Below, in pieces: positions 21,067 to 30,476 of a stretch of DNA of 64,000 nt. A program made the position numbers and the translations under genes. Numbering within the stretch: position 1 is the stretch's first letter; each line of letters begins with the position of its first letter. A model generated the notes under the pieces. It was given only the letters and a program-made list of their open reading frames with translations. It searched no databases and had not been told where the DNA came from. Source of the DNA: a virus (lineage: Duplodnaviria; Heunggongvirae; Uroviricota; Caudoviricetes); the IMG/VR virus record IMGVR_UViG_2721755676_000001. One strand, given 5' to 3'.

Positions 21067-22197
21067 GTGGTTACTTATCTTTGTGAGGTTTTTGTGTCAC
21101 TCCTTTTGAATCGTGAGCATACGAACGGTCAGGTAACAAACGCATCGTATGCAAAAGTTATTGAGACGGTGCTTAAAAGCGGCGTGCAGGCTGATGATCG
21201 CACAGGCACTGGTACTTTAAGCACCTGCTACGTTCCCTCTTACTACATGCTTACTGGTGGGACTGTGCCGCTTATTTCTGGAAAGGCGGTAAATCTTAAG
21301 CCACTGCTTGTCGAACTTGAGTGGTATCTGAAAGGCACGGGCAACATCCAATTTCTCAAGGATAACGGCGTTAAGATTTGGGATGCATGGGCCGATGAGA
21401 ATGGCGATTTGGGGCCGGTTTACGGTAAGCAGTGGCGTCGATGGGAAGATACCCGCATCGTGAGCCATAGTGAATATCTGAGCAAGATCGCTACTTTCCG
21501 TGAACGCGGGTACAAAGTCGAGGGATACCTGGGTATCAGTGAAGATCGCGTAGTGCTGTCCCGTGAAATCGATCAGCTACAGCGTATTGTCGATACACTG
21601 CGCACGAACCCTACCGATCGTCGCATCATGCTTAACGCATGGAACGTAGGCGAGCTTGAGGATATGAAACTGCCACCTTGCCACTTTGTCTTCTCTTTGT
21701 GGAGTCGTGAACTGGATTTTGAAACCCGTTTAACGATGGCAACTGACATTGGTCTTCAACACAGTCGCCTCGGTTATGAGTCTATCTACACCAAGATGCT
21801 ATACGATCTGGAGATGGACGGCAGTGTTACTGAAACTGAACTGGATGAACTTGGAATCCCCAAACGCATCCTCAACTCCTGCCTCGTACAGCGTAGCGTA
21901 GACACTTTTGTTGGTATGCCATTCAATATTGCTGGCTATGGCATTCTCACTCATTTTCTCGCGAAGATTACGGGTCACATGGCCGGTGCATTTGTGCATT
22001 TTGGCTTTGACGTGCATTTGTACAACAACCACATGGAAGGTGTGTGTGAGCTAATGCAACGACAGGCTCCAGAGCATTCAGATCCGGTCGTTATATTCCC
22101 TAATGAATGGTCTGAGCTGGATGATTTCAAATGGGACGAGATTCTTATTCTTGGCTATGCCCCTCTACCGTGGATCAAGGTTCCAGTGGCGGTGTGA
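21067..22197 (+). CDS. thyA: Thymidylate synthase with two internal insertions; true start may be downstream (GTG 21094 or TTG 21112)
   Basis: DRTGTGTLS, ELEWYLKG, IWDAWADENGDLGPVYGKQWRRW, LPPCH, VQRSVD, MPFNIAGY, C-terminal YAPLPWIKVPVAV collinear with E. coli ThyA. Confidence 0.9.
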   Translation: MVTYLCEVFVSLLLNREHTNGQVTNASYAKVIETVLKSGVQADDRTGTGTLSTCYVPSYYMLTGGTVPLISGKAVNLKPLLVELEWYLKGTGNIQFLKDNGVKIWDAWADENGDLGPVYGKQWRRWEDTRIVSHSEYLSKIATFRERGYKVEGYLGISEDRVVLSREIDQLQRIVDTLRTNPTDRRIMLNAWNVGELEDMKLPPCHFVFSLWSRELDFETRLTMATDIGLQHSRLGYESIYTKMLYDLEMDGSVTETELDELGIPKRILNSCLVQRSVDTFVGMPFNIAGYGILTHFLAKITGHMAGAFVHFGFDVHLYNNHMEGVCELMQRQAPEHSDPVVIFPNEWSELDDFKWDEILILGYAPLPWIKVPVAV

Positions 22198-22198
22198 T

Positions 22199-22612
22199 AT
22201 GGCAAGAGGTGTGTATGTCTTATGCGAAATTGAAGGTGTGCTGGCAAATACCAGCCATCGTAAATCTGTATCTGACTCGGATGCAGGCCAATTCATTGCC
22301 GGTGATGAACTCATTTTCCCCACCAGCCGTATGTTGCGTGGTTTTGCTCGCTCAGGGGCTGAAGTGGTGCTTATCAGTAGCCGCTCTGAAACTCTTGAAG
22401 CGCCAACTAAACGATGGCTGAAAGATTTTGGCGTTGATTATGACTGGCTTCATCTCGTACCGAATGGCACCAGTTATGAGAAGCATATTAAGCGCACATT
22501 AGCGGAGCATAAAGGCGATCTGCTTATCGCTGCGCTGGTGCACGATCCTCGACTCCGTGCCGCTTTAGCCGACTCTCACCATCGACCGGTCATCTATGAG
22601 GTGAGCAAATGA
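22199..22612 (+). CDS. Hypothetical protein (138 aa from MARGVYVL); possible HAD-like fold
   Basis: Sits between thyA and DHFR; N-terminal VYVLCEIEGVLAN resembles HAD motif I but with Glu in place of Asp. Confidence 0.4.
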   Translation: MARGVYVLCEIEGVLANTSHRKSVSDSDAGQFIAGDELIFPTSRMLRGFARSGAEVVLISSRSETLEAPTKRWLKDFGVDYDWLHLVPNGTSYEKHIKRTLAEHKGDLLIAALVHDPRLRAALADSHHRPVIYEVSK

Positions 22613-23085
22613 AGATGATCGCTGCTGTTGGCCGTAACTATGAGATCGGCATAGCGAATGAACTCCCCTGGCGTTGTTCTACCGATCTGAAGCTATTTAA
22701 GAGACTCACCAAAAACGCCACTGTCGTTATGGGGCGTAAAACGATGGAAAGTCTCAAACGCCCTCTTCCAGAGCGTCATAACCTCGTTTTGACGCGCTCT
22801 CATGGCTTTGTACCAAATGGATTCTACCCTGCTGGTGTGGATGATGTGTTGCGATTACCAGAGCCTGTGTGGGTGATTGGCGGGGAACAAATTTACTCGC
22901 TATTCATGCCGCATGTTGAAGAGATTTGGCTCTCCCACATCGGCATTGATGTACCAAACGCCGATGCATTCTTCCCGGCAAGCATGATGCGTAACTTAGG
23001 CTTTGTGCCTGTTGAAACAGCTTATACCCAACGAGCCAGCGAGGAAGAGCCTGGCTTTTCGCAGATCGTATACAGAAGGTCGTAA
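22609..23085 (+). CDS. folA: Dihydrofolate reductase
   Basis: MIAAVGRNYEIG...LPW...VVMGRKT...PLPERHNLVLTRS matches DHFR signature. Confidence 0.9.
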   Translation: MKMIAAVGRNYEIGIANELPWRCSTDLKLFKRLTKNATVVMGRKTMESLKRPLPERHNLVLTRSHGFVPNGFYPAGVDDVLRLPEPVWVIGGEQIYSLFMPHVEEIWLSHIGIDVPNADAFFPASMMRNLGFVPVETAYTQRASEEEPGFSQIVYRRS

Positions 23086-23729
23086 TGGATTACCGGATTG
23101 GGATCACTGGTGCTCAGGGCAGTGGGAAAACAACCCTGGCTAAATATATCGACAAACATTACGGAATCCCTTACGTGGATGCTGGTGTCGGAAGTTTGAT
23201 GAGCCGCCTCGGTGTTCGAGTAGGTGATTCTATGCCTCTATATGAGCGGCTTCAGATTCAAATGGAAATAGCAAAGCATATAGAGCTACTTACGCGTGGT
23301 GTTGAAGGCTTTGTTATCGATCGCACACCTGCTGATGTTATGGCCTACACGTTGGATTTGGTCGGCCATACAAATGAAGATCGGTGTATTGAGTTAGCCC
23401 TCGATATCGAAAAGTTTTGCCACAAAACTGCTATTTCAAACTTTAACGCCATTGCTGGCTTACGCCCGGGAGTCGCTCTCTCAGAGCGAGATTACTTGCG
23501 ATCACAACGAGCATCATTAGACCGTCTGTATGTCGCTCGTATTGATGCGTTGATGTGCGGGGAACTGACAAAAATTCACCTGCATCCGCAAAGGGGAGAT
23601 CTGCAAACCTTCGTCGTTTCCAACCGATATCGCACGGTTGAAGCAAGAGCCAGATCAGTGATGAGAATGCTAGATAACGCTGTAGAAAAGATAGAAAACC
23701 GGTTCTGTGGCCGAGTGACCGTTCATTAG
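23085..23729 (+). CDS. P-loop NTPase, probable nucleotide/nucleoside kinase
   Basis: Walker A GITGAQGSGKTT at N-terminus. Confidence 0.55.
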   Translation: MDYRIGITGAQGSGKTTLAKYIDKHYGIPYVDAGVGSLMSRLGVRVGDSMPLYERLQIQMEIAKHIELLTRGVEGFVIDRTPADVMAYTLDLVGHTNEDRCIELALDIEKFCHKTAISNFNAIAGLRPGVALSERDYLRSQRASLDRLYVARIDALMCGELTKIHLHPQRGDLQTFVVSNRYRTVEARARSVMRMLDNAVEKIENRFCGRVTVH

Positions 23730-23790
23730 AAATTGTTCGCCTCTTCGACATTGCGACAATAAAACTCTCAAAATGGGTTAAGGATAAAAA

Positions 23791-24210
23791 ATGTTTAGTG
23801 AAATGTTGCTTGAAGATGAACTGGATCGGAAAACAACAGAGGCTTTGATTCGTGTAGCGGACGAACATTCCCGGTCGCTTATGAGCGATCGAGAGGCTCG
23901 TCTGGCTATTCGTGCCATATTCGAAACTGCGCAGGGGCTTGTTGGTACACAAGTGGGTGAAGCCATTAACATCGCCATGTCTCAGTTCAGTGAAGGCAGT
24001 AAAAAGCCTCTGTTTCCTATGCATTTGATGCTGGCTGGTGGCACAGTGCTTTATATCTCTGTTTGTCTGGATAGCAACCAAATCAATATTCTCAACACTG
24101 TGTCAGGTAAGTGGAAAGATCCGATTGTCTGTGAAACCAGTGAAGAAACTTTGAAAAAAGCGGCTCAATTTGTACGTAGCGCACTACTTAAGGGCGCTAA
24201 GAAGTTGTAA
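23791..24210 (+). CDS. Hypothetical protein (139 aa)
   Basis: ORF with RBS; no motif recognised. Confidence 0.45.
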   Translation: MFSEMLLEDELDRKTTEALIRVADEHSRSLMSDREARLAIRAIFETAQGLVGTQVGEAINIAMSQFSEGSKKPLFPMHLMLAGGTVLYISVCLDSNQINILNTVSGKWKDPIVCETSEETLKKAAQFVRSALLKGAKKL

Positions 24211-24219
24211 GGAGTTCTG

Positions 24220-24777
24220 ATGACAACGATTGTTGCAGGCATCGATATCGAGTCTACGGGACTGGATTTCCTTGCTGGTCATAAAATTATTGAAATCGCA
24301 ATTACCCGCTATGAACTGGAGACACAGAGACATATTGATAGTCTGGAGATGCGTTTTAACCCTCGCAGAAACATAGATCCGAAAGCTCAAGCCGTTCATG
24401 GCATTTCATTGGAACAGCTCGCAGCTGAACCTTTGTTGTCAAATCATGCCAGCGAAATTGGCGCTTATATGGGGGCATGTAGTGTGTGGGTTGCTCATAA
24501 CGGCGAAGCATTTGATATACCATTTATTCGACACGAGTTTTCAGGGTATGGAGTAAGACTGCCAGAAGTTCCTGTTATAGATACTATGTTATCGGGATTG
24601 TGGGCCACAGAAGACGGTAAACGTCCCCGCCTTGAAGAGTTGGCCTTCTCTCTTGGCTTTATATACGATCATGCCAAAGCACATAGTGCCTTATATGACA
24701 CAAACTTAATGATGCAATGCTTCTTTAAGGCACGTAATAAGTACGGATTTTTTAAATTACCCTCTGAAATTGTGTAA
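24220..24777 (+). CDS. DnaQ-like 3'-5' exonuclease (DEDDh)
   Basis: Exo I GIDIESTG, Exo II VAHNGEAFDIPF, Exo III HSALYDT. Confidence 0.75.
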   Translation: MTTIVAGIDIESTGLDFLAGHKIIEIAITRYELETQRHIDSLEMRFNPRRNIDPKAQAVHGISLEQLAAEPLLSNHASEIGAYMGACSVWVAHNGEAFDIPFIRHEFSGYGVRLPEVPVIDTMLSGLWATEDGKRPRLEELAFSLGFIYDHAKAHSALYDTNLMMQCFFKARNKYGFFKLPSEIV

Positions 24778-24782
24778 AACAA

Positions 24783-24819
24783 AAGCCTACTTTAAAAAGT
24801 TTAAAGTAGGCTTTTTTTT
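24783..24819 (+). terminator. Rho-independent terminator
   Basis: AAGCCTACTTTAAAAAGTTTAAAGTAGGCTT followed by TTTTTTT. Confidence 0.65.
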
Positions 24820-24935
24820 AAAGAACAGTCGCCTTTCAATCATTTTCTGCCTGTATTTAATACTTTTCCGCCTGATAGGTTTAGTCAAAATGCAGCCATC
24901 GAAACGCAAATGTAACCAAACAGAAGGAGACTTAC

Positions 24936-25745
24936 ATGAGTTCGGTTGAAAATGTAATGACAAATGATGATCTGGACGAGCTGACAGCCATGTTGCAATC
25001 ACTTGATGAACCAGTAAAAAAAGCTGCACAGGTTGAAAATACTGATGATATTGACGATCTGCTGCTCGGCCTAGATGCTGGCGTAGCCATGAGTTCTGAT
25101 GATGTTGCCGAAGAACTTTTCAATGAAGAAAAAGCAGGTGATTTCAGCTCTGCTTTAAATGAGTTGGAGTTAGCGCATGAGCCTATAAACGTAATTAACG
25201 CTGAAAGTGTTGAAGCTGCCGAAAACGAGCCAGAACAATTGGGATTTATTGAGGTTGAAGAGTGTGTTGAGGTTAATGATGAATTAAAAGTTCAACAGTC
25301 AAATGATAGCAATACAAATAAAAAAGCTCGTACTGCAAGAGGTCCTCGTTTTACTTTAAGTGATAAAGATGATTCGTTTTTCAATAAAGCGGGCTTAGAA
25401 AAAGATATTTTCTTAGACGCTTACGATAACGCGCCTGTCAAAGCAAAGGATAAGATATTAAACCTTCTTAATTGGTTTAGCGGAGGTCCAGATATTAGTG
25501 TTTACACGGTAATTTCCATGAGACACCTTCTCACAGAAAAGAAGGCTACAAGTAATAGTATTAAGATTGCTTTAATGAGCAATCCAGAAAAACCGTATCC
25601 GCTTAACACTGCGTCAACTCAGGCTGGGCAAATGATGGCTGTATTTCCAGCGACAGGAATTGCCGTTAGAGACGGTGGAAATCTAACATTGAACGAAGAA
25701 TCACCGATCGTTAAGAAGTTTGTCGCGGAGTACACTATTGGATGA
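24936..25745 (+). CDS. Acidic hypothetical protein (269 aa)
   Basis: Asp/Glu-rich N-terminal half. Confidence 0.5.
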   Translation: MSSVENVMTNDDLDELTAMLQSLDEPVKKAAQVENTDDIDDLLLGLDAGVAMSSDDVAEELFNEEKAGDFSSALNELELAHEPINVINAESVEAAENEPEQLGFIEVEECVEVNDELKVQQSNDSNTNKKARTARGPRFTLSDKDDSFFNKAGLEKDIFLDAYDNAPVKAKDKILNLLNWFSGGPDISVYTVISMRHLLTEKKATSNSIKIALMSNPEKPYPLNTASTQAGQMMAVFPATGIAVRDGGNLTLNEESPIVKKFVAEYTIG

Positions 25746-25928
25746 CGTTCCCCTACTTAAAATAAAGCCCATAGAGAGCTTTATAGTACTGGGTAAGTCA
25801 ATCACATACCCAGCACCACAAAAACGCGCCAGAGAGCTTCTCGTTTGCATTTCTGGCGCGTTTTATTTGATTGCCAGACATAAAATCAAATGCAAAAATA
25901 GGTATTTACTTACCTATCGAGAAAGAAG

Positions 25929-26522
25929 ATGATTGCAGCCGAAAAAATCAAACAGCGAAAGCGTGACAACTCTCTTCGTGACCTCTGGAGAACACCTGAC
26001 TGGCTGTTTTCTGCCATTCAACGTTATCTTGGAGTGACATTTGATGTTGACGTTGCCTGCAACAAGGACAATGCAAAGCTGCCTAATTTCATAGGCGTTG
26101 AGCGTGATGCTTTGAAATCTGAATGGGGACAGCCAGGTACAATTGCCTTCCTCAATCCACCCTACTCCAAAATCTACCCCTGGATTGATGCGGCTATACG
26201 TGAGCAGGCTCGCGGAGTTACAACAGTGATGCTAATTCCTCAATCCCTAGATACAAAGTGGTATGAGCGTGCAACAGAGTGTGCGAATGAGACGATTATT
26301 CTGTCTGGTGGCCGCGTAGCGTTTGTCGAGCCTGACGTAAATCTGGGTCAGGTAGAAGTAAACATCAACCCAGGTGGCAGTATGCTCGTTGTTTTTCGAG
26401 GATTCTGTCAGGACGCTGGGCACTCTATAAGCAAGATCCCTTTGGACGTCATGAAAAGTCTGGGAGGGTATGATCCTGCGAATGTGATCAGGAAAAAAAG
26501 ACCATCAAAGAAGGCTGCTTAG
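25929..26522 (+). CDS. Phage-type DNA N6-adenine methyltransferase
   Basis: Motif FLNPPYS (NPPY) and DLWRTPDWLF typical of phage Dam-like N6A methyltransferases. Confidence 0.7.
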   Translation: MIAAEKIKQRKRDNSLRDLWRTPDWLFSAIQRYLGVTFDVDVACNKDNAKLPNFIGVERDALKSEWGQPGTIAFLNPPYSKIYPWIDAAIREQARGVTTVMLIPQSLDTKWYERATECANETIILSGGRVAFVEPDVNLGQVEVNINPGGSMLVVFRGFCQDAGHSISKIPLDVMKSLGGYDPANVIRKKRPSKKAA

Positions 26523-26544
26523 TTTGTTCTGGCGTCTGTAATTA

Positions 26545-26602
26545 GCCTGCTTCTGTATATATAAATAACTACATATTAATTATTAATATACGGAAGCAGG
26601 CT
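26545..26602. terminator. Long imperfect hairpin (arms CCTGCTTCTGTATATAT / ATATACGGAAGCAGG); second copy at 51824-51870
   Basis: Inverted repeat with AT-rich loop; likely bidirectional terminator or protein-binding site. Confidence 0.5.
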
Positions 26603-26707
26603 GTTTTGTATCAGAGACTCCAGACCTGAACATCACAACAGAATCCACTAGAACCCCTTCCCAGACGCTTTAAAATCGATTTTATGAACCACTTTAAGGA
26701 AACCAAC

Positions 26708-26938
26708 ATGTCATACCCGACTAATGTCGTTGCGCTCGTAGAGAGCGATTTTCTGGCCCAGGCTCGTGAAATGATGAAAGATCGTGAGCAGGCTTTCAAC
26801 TTGTACGAATGGGCAATTAAGTGCTTGCATCTTGGCGAGCATCGCGAACTTGTTGAACAGCTTTTAGGTGAGTTGATCAATGAGGTGTTTGCCTTGAATG
26901 TTCAACTACATGGTAGAGAAAATAATCAATCACAATGA
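26708..26938 (+). CDS. Hypothetical small protein (76 aa from MSYPTNVV)
   Basis: In-frame ATG inside track ORF 26684..26938. Confidence 0.4.
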   Translation: MSYPTNVVALVESDFLAQAREMMKDREQAFNLYEWAIKCLHLGEHRELVEQLLGELINEVFALNVQLHGRENNQSQ

Positions 26939-27520
26939 TAGATAAGTACAAACTATTCATAAAGTGAATTGTAAGTGCTAAGATCTGATAGTTTCCAGTC
27001 GTAGACTGGAGACTCGACCTGATGGGTGGGGGTAAGCGTCACTGGCGTCAGGTTTAAAAAAGCTCACTACCAGCGTAGAACTGGTGCCGTTTAGGAGTCG
27101 GGGAAGGGGGAACCAAAGTGAGCAGAGACAAGGGTCACTTTATGATTGTCGAGTCTGGGGTGTTTCGAGAGGTTGAATCCAGTACTCCCCTTCATAAAGT
27201 GTGGGAAGATCTCGGTTCTGGGGTGCTGTCATCCATAACTTCCCAAGTCTAAGCTGGCAGTAGACTTAGACCATAACTTTTCAGGTTATGAAACGACCAG
27301 GTTGGTGAGAGATTTTTATACTCACCTCCCTGGGAGAGTATTACCTGAAAAGACAACCTCTCACTTCGTTCGAGGTGAACTTCACTCACTTCGTTCGTTC
27401 AGTTCAGGTTTATAAAAACCTGTTCTGGGAAGTAATTTGTTTATTTTAATAATTATTAACACGCACGCGTGTGCGCACGCGCGAGGAAAAATCGGCGCGG
27501 CGCTTGATTCAGGAGTTTAT

Positions 27521-28111
27521 ATGACGACGAAGACACCAGCCCGATCGCAAGCAAAAACTCGCAAAAAAGCCAAAAACAAAAATTCCCCCCGCACCAATCC
27601 CACAACGCCTGTCGTAGAGTTCAATCCCCAGCTTAAAACCGTGAAAATCTTTAGTGATGGCTCTTGCCTTAAAAATCCGGGTGGCCCGGGCGGTTACGGT
27701 ATCGTTCTCCAGTATCGTGGTGAGGAACGCGAGTTCTCAGATGGTTTTCATAGCACCACCAATAACCGCATGGAGATGATGGGGGCACTTATCGGGCTGG
27801 AGCGTTTGAAATATCCATGCAACGTTATTTTGCACTCTGATAGCCAGTATCTGAAAAACGGCATGACACAGTGGATGAAATGGTGGAAACGCAATGGATG
27901 GATGACTTCTGACAAAAAACCGGTAAAGAATGTTGATCTGTGGAAGCGTCTGGATGAGGCCGCAAGTCGACATAATGTTCGCTGGAAGTGGGTTAAAGGT
28001 CACGCCGGGCATCGTGAAAATGAAATATGTGATCGACTCGCGAAGATCGCAGCTTTTTCAGCAGCAGATATGCCTCACAAGAAAGATATTGGTTTTGTTT
28101 ATAATAAATAG
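27521..28111 (+). CDS. rnhA: Ribonuclease HI
   Basis: Near-collinear with E. coli RNase HI: [66 protein letters not shown]; RBS AGGAG. Confidence 0.9.
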   Translation: MTTKTPARSQAKTRKKAKNKNSPRTNPTTPVVEFNPQLKTVKIFSDGSCLKNPGGPGGYGIVLQYRGEEREFSDGFHSTTNNRMEMMGALIGLERLKYPCNVILHSDSQYLKNGMTQWMKWWKRNGWMTSDKKPVKNVDLWKRLDEAASRHNVRWKWVKGHAGHRENEICDRLAKIAAFSAADMPHKKDIGFVYNK

Positions 28112-28259
28112 TAAGTAAGTGTTTACCTATCATTTTAAATCATGTATCTTATCGGCGTCAGGATGACAATGTGTCGGTAAGACACAGTTCCAGGATGGAA
28201 CGAGAAAGGCGGCTGGCAATCGCCAGCCGCAACTCTTTCTGACACTGGATGGAGTCCAC

Positions 28260-28754
28260 ATGGCACGTCAAACCTATTTCACTTCTGTAACTAAACGTCC
28301 TCGTTCTTTACGTCAAATTTTGGCCGAATTATTTAGCGGTCGTGTTATGTCACGCCTTGATGAACTAGAGACTACCGTTCGGTTGCTGAATGAACGTTTA
28401 GATAATCAAGCGTCAGTTGTTGCGAACGTGGGGGCGATTGTTGCCTCTGGTTCTTCACGCGAAGCGAAAAATGCACGGCCTTTAGTGAAGGAGAAAAACA
28501 ACAAGGACAGTTCGAATGGAAAATTTTCAAAGAAAGAGGCTGAAACCAATGGCCTACGTTCTCATTATAGTTTCACTGGCGACGGTAGCCGTTCCAGCCG
28601 GTCAGAGCCTTTTGATGCCGGATTCATCCATCACCACACCTTCGTCGACGACAATTACCACCACTCCAGTGGAGCGTCCTGTCACTCTGGATGGGATGGC
28701 GGTGGATGCGATACCTCAAGTTCATCCAGTTACTCAGGATCATGCTGTGACTAA
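28260..28754 (+). CDS. Hypothetical protein; C-terminal half doubtful (Ser/Cys/His-rich), alternative ORF 28549..28767 in another frame
   Basis: N-terminal 80 aa look protein-like; alternative frame encodes MAYVLIIVSLATVAVPAG with Thr/Ser-rich tail. Confidence 0.3.
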   Translation: MARQTYFTSVTKRPRSLRQILAELFSGRVMSRLDELETTVRLLNERLDNQASVVANVGAIVASGSSREAKNARPLVKEKNNKDSSNGKFSKKEAETNGLRSHYSFTGDGSRSSRSEPFDAGFIHHHTFVDDNYHHSSGASCHSGWDGGGCDTSSSSSYSGSCCD

Positions 28755-28763
28755 GGCGGTTGT

Positions 28764-28952
28764 ATGAACTGGTTTTCAAATCACTTTGGAAAAATTTGGC
28801 TGGCAATTCTTGCCCTTATGGCCGCCGGTTGGGTATCGAACATTATAAAACTTGTTTGCTCTGGCGATCTCCAGTTTCAGGCTGGCATGACCTTGGCTCG
28901 TGTAGTTGGGATTTTTGTTTTTCCAGTTGGTTCGGTACTTGGTTATTTCTGA
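28764..28952 (+). CDS. Small membrane protein (62 aa)
   Basis: Two hydrophobic segments (IWLAILALMAAGWV, VVGIFVFPVGSVLGYF). Confidence 0.4.
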   Translation: MNWFSNHFGKIWLAILALMAAGWVSNIIKLVCSGDLQFQAGMTLARVVGIFVFPVGSVLGYF

Positions 28953-29045
28953 CGGCTGTTAGTGCATATGCATTGACCATCTCTGCGTAAGCAATTTATG
29001 TAATTAGAAAACAACTTGTTTTGACAAATAATAAAAGGAAAGCAC

Positions 29046-29471
29046 ATGTTAGGTTTCTTCAAAAAGAAAACTCGTAAAGCTGTTATCGAAGTCAAAAAAA
29101 TGGAGAACCGTGATGCGGTTGAGGCCACCGTGTGGGGCGCGTACATGATCTCCTATGCCGACGGCACATGTGACGCAAAAGAAATTGCCATTCTTGAGAA
29201 GACAATTGCAGCTCTGCCTGCGTTTTCTCCGTTTGCTGGTGAAATTGCCCAAATGAGCGCCAATATCCGTGCTCGTTACGAAGCGTCCCCTCGTTCTGCT
29301 AATGCACAGGCTATTCGTGAGCTGTCTGATATTGCGGGTACTCCAGAGGCGGTCGATGTTCTGTGTCTGTGCCTTGATATTGCCGATCAGGACGGCATTG
29401 GTGAACAAGAAGAGCAGGCACTGAAAAAGATCGCCCAGGCGCTTCAGTTGTCACTGGATGCTTATCTCTAA
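29046..29471 (+). CDS. Hypothetical protein, possibly TerB-like
   Basis: Amphipathic pattern with ADGTCDAKEIAILEK and DIADQDGIGEQEEQAL pairs; start context AAAGGAAAGCACATG. Confidence 0.45.
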   Translation: MLGFFKKKTRKAVIEVKKMENRDAVEATVWGAYMISYADGTCDAKEIAILEKTIAALPAFSPFAGEIAQMSANIRARYEASPRSANAQAIRELSDIAGTPEAVDVLCLCLDIADQDGIGEQEEQALKKIAQALQLSLDAYL

Positions 29472-29629
29472 TGCTTGAGAGATTCCGGCTTGTGATCGTC
29501 ATTGCTCTTCTGGTGATGGCGGTGTTGGTGGATTTTACGGGAAAGATGATGTCTGTCATTTCTGATGGCGTCCTCATTGGTTTGGCGATCTACTTCGCTT
29601 ATCCGTTAGTTCGTAAAGCAAAGTGTTAA
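29471..29629 (+). CDS. Small membrane protein (52 aa, below track cutoff)
   Basis: TAATG overlap with previous gene; MLERFRLVIVIALLVMAVLVDFTGKMM...; followed by terminator. Confidence 0.4.
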   Translation: MLERFRLVIVIALLVMAVLVDFTGKMMSVISDGVLIGLAIYFAYPLVRKAKC

Positions 29630-29631
29630 TG

Positions 29632-29660
29632 ACAAGGGCCAAATGGCCCTTGTGTTTCGT
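29632..29660 (+). terminator. Rho-independent terminator-like hairpin
   Basis: ACAAGGGCCAAATGGCCCTTGT followed by GTTTCGTT. Confidence 0.5.
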
Positions 29661-29768
29661 TGACCGAAATAGAGAGTTTGCACCTTTACGTTTAGCTTGC
29701 TCCCCTTTTATGCCACATCACAATAAAGACAATAAGAAAACAACTTGTTTAAGCATTAGGAAAAACAC

Positions 29769-30335
29769 ATGTGCAAGAAATGCAAAGCGATAGCTGATGA
29801 ACAAAACGCCTTATTCGAAGAAATGGATGCTAATGAACTGGTCAAAATGTTAGCCATTCTTCGAGGAATAGAAGACGTTTCCATATTTGAGAGACTGTTT
29901 ACAATACTTAATTTTAATTCCACCTTTGAAGAGCCAACTCAGATTGTAGCTTTGGCACACCATTTCGGTGTTCATTACCTTGCTGAAAAAGAGAGAGCTG
30001 ATAAGTTGCAAGCGACTTTGGATATGGTGAGCGAGACTCAAGAAACTGATGACGGTAACAAAAGTGAGACGATTATTGCCAGCAAAGATCGTGAAATTGC
30101 CGGGCTTAAATCCTCTCTAACGATGTTGATGTCTGCAATCAACCTTATGTCTTCTAAAGCAGGTTCTAAAATGCCATCACTAAACAGCGACGATCCGATG
30201 GCCGTTCGCCAGCTTTTAGGTGCAATGGCCGACCAGCTCGACGACACAAAGAGTCGCCTTGAAGACATGATGCGGGAGCTCACGCATCGCCATGACTTGA
30301 ATAAGCAGCCGCACAAAACGCAATACGCACTCTAA
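29769..30335 (+). CDS. Hypothetical protein (188 aa)
   Basis: Start context GGAAAAACACATG; palindromic motif upstream. Confidence 0.5.
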   Translation: MCKKCKAIADEQNALFEEMDANELVKMLAILRGIEDVSIFERLFTILNFNSTFEEPTQIVALAHHFGVHYLAEKERADKLQATLDMVSETQETDDGNKSETIIASKDREIAGLKSSLTMLMSAINLMSSKAGSKMPSLNSDDPMAVRQLLGAMADQLDDTKSRLEDMMRELTHRHDLNKQPHKTQYAL

Positions 30336-30476
30336 TACAGCACCAGTCGACAGGGGGCGACAGCCCCCATTTTTACGCCTTAAATCTGCTGTAACGCCTA
30401 TGAATGCAGCTTTTATGCCTTTTCAAGTTTGCGATAATTACACCAATCAGAAAACAAATTATTTAATGGTGTAATT

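Noticed and set aside
27140-27250. Possible tRNA or 35-codon ORF in the G-rich region (T-loop-like GGTTGAATCC)
   Set aside because: No canonical T-loop (TTCRA), no acceptor/anticodon stems could be paired by eye; small ORF lacks RBS. Region kept as unexplained candidate ncRNA instead
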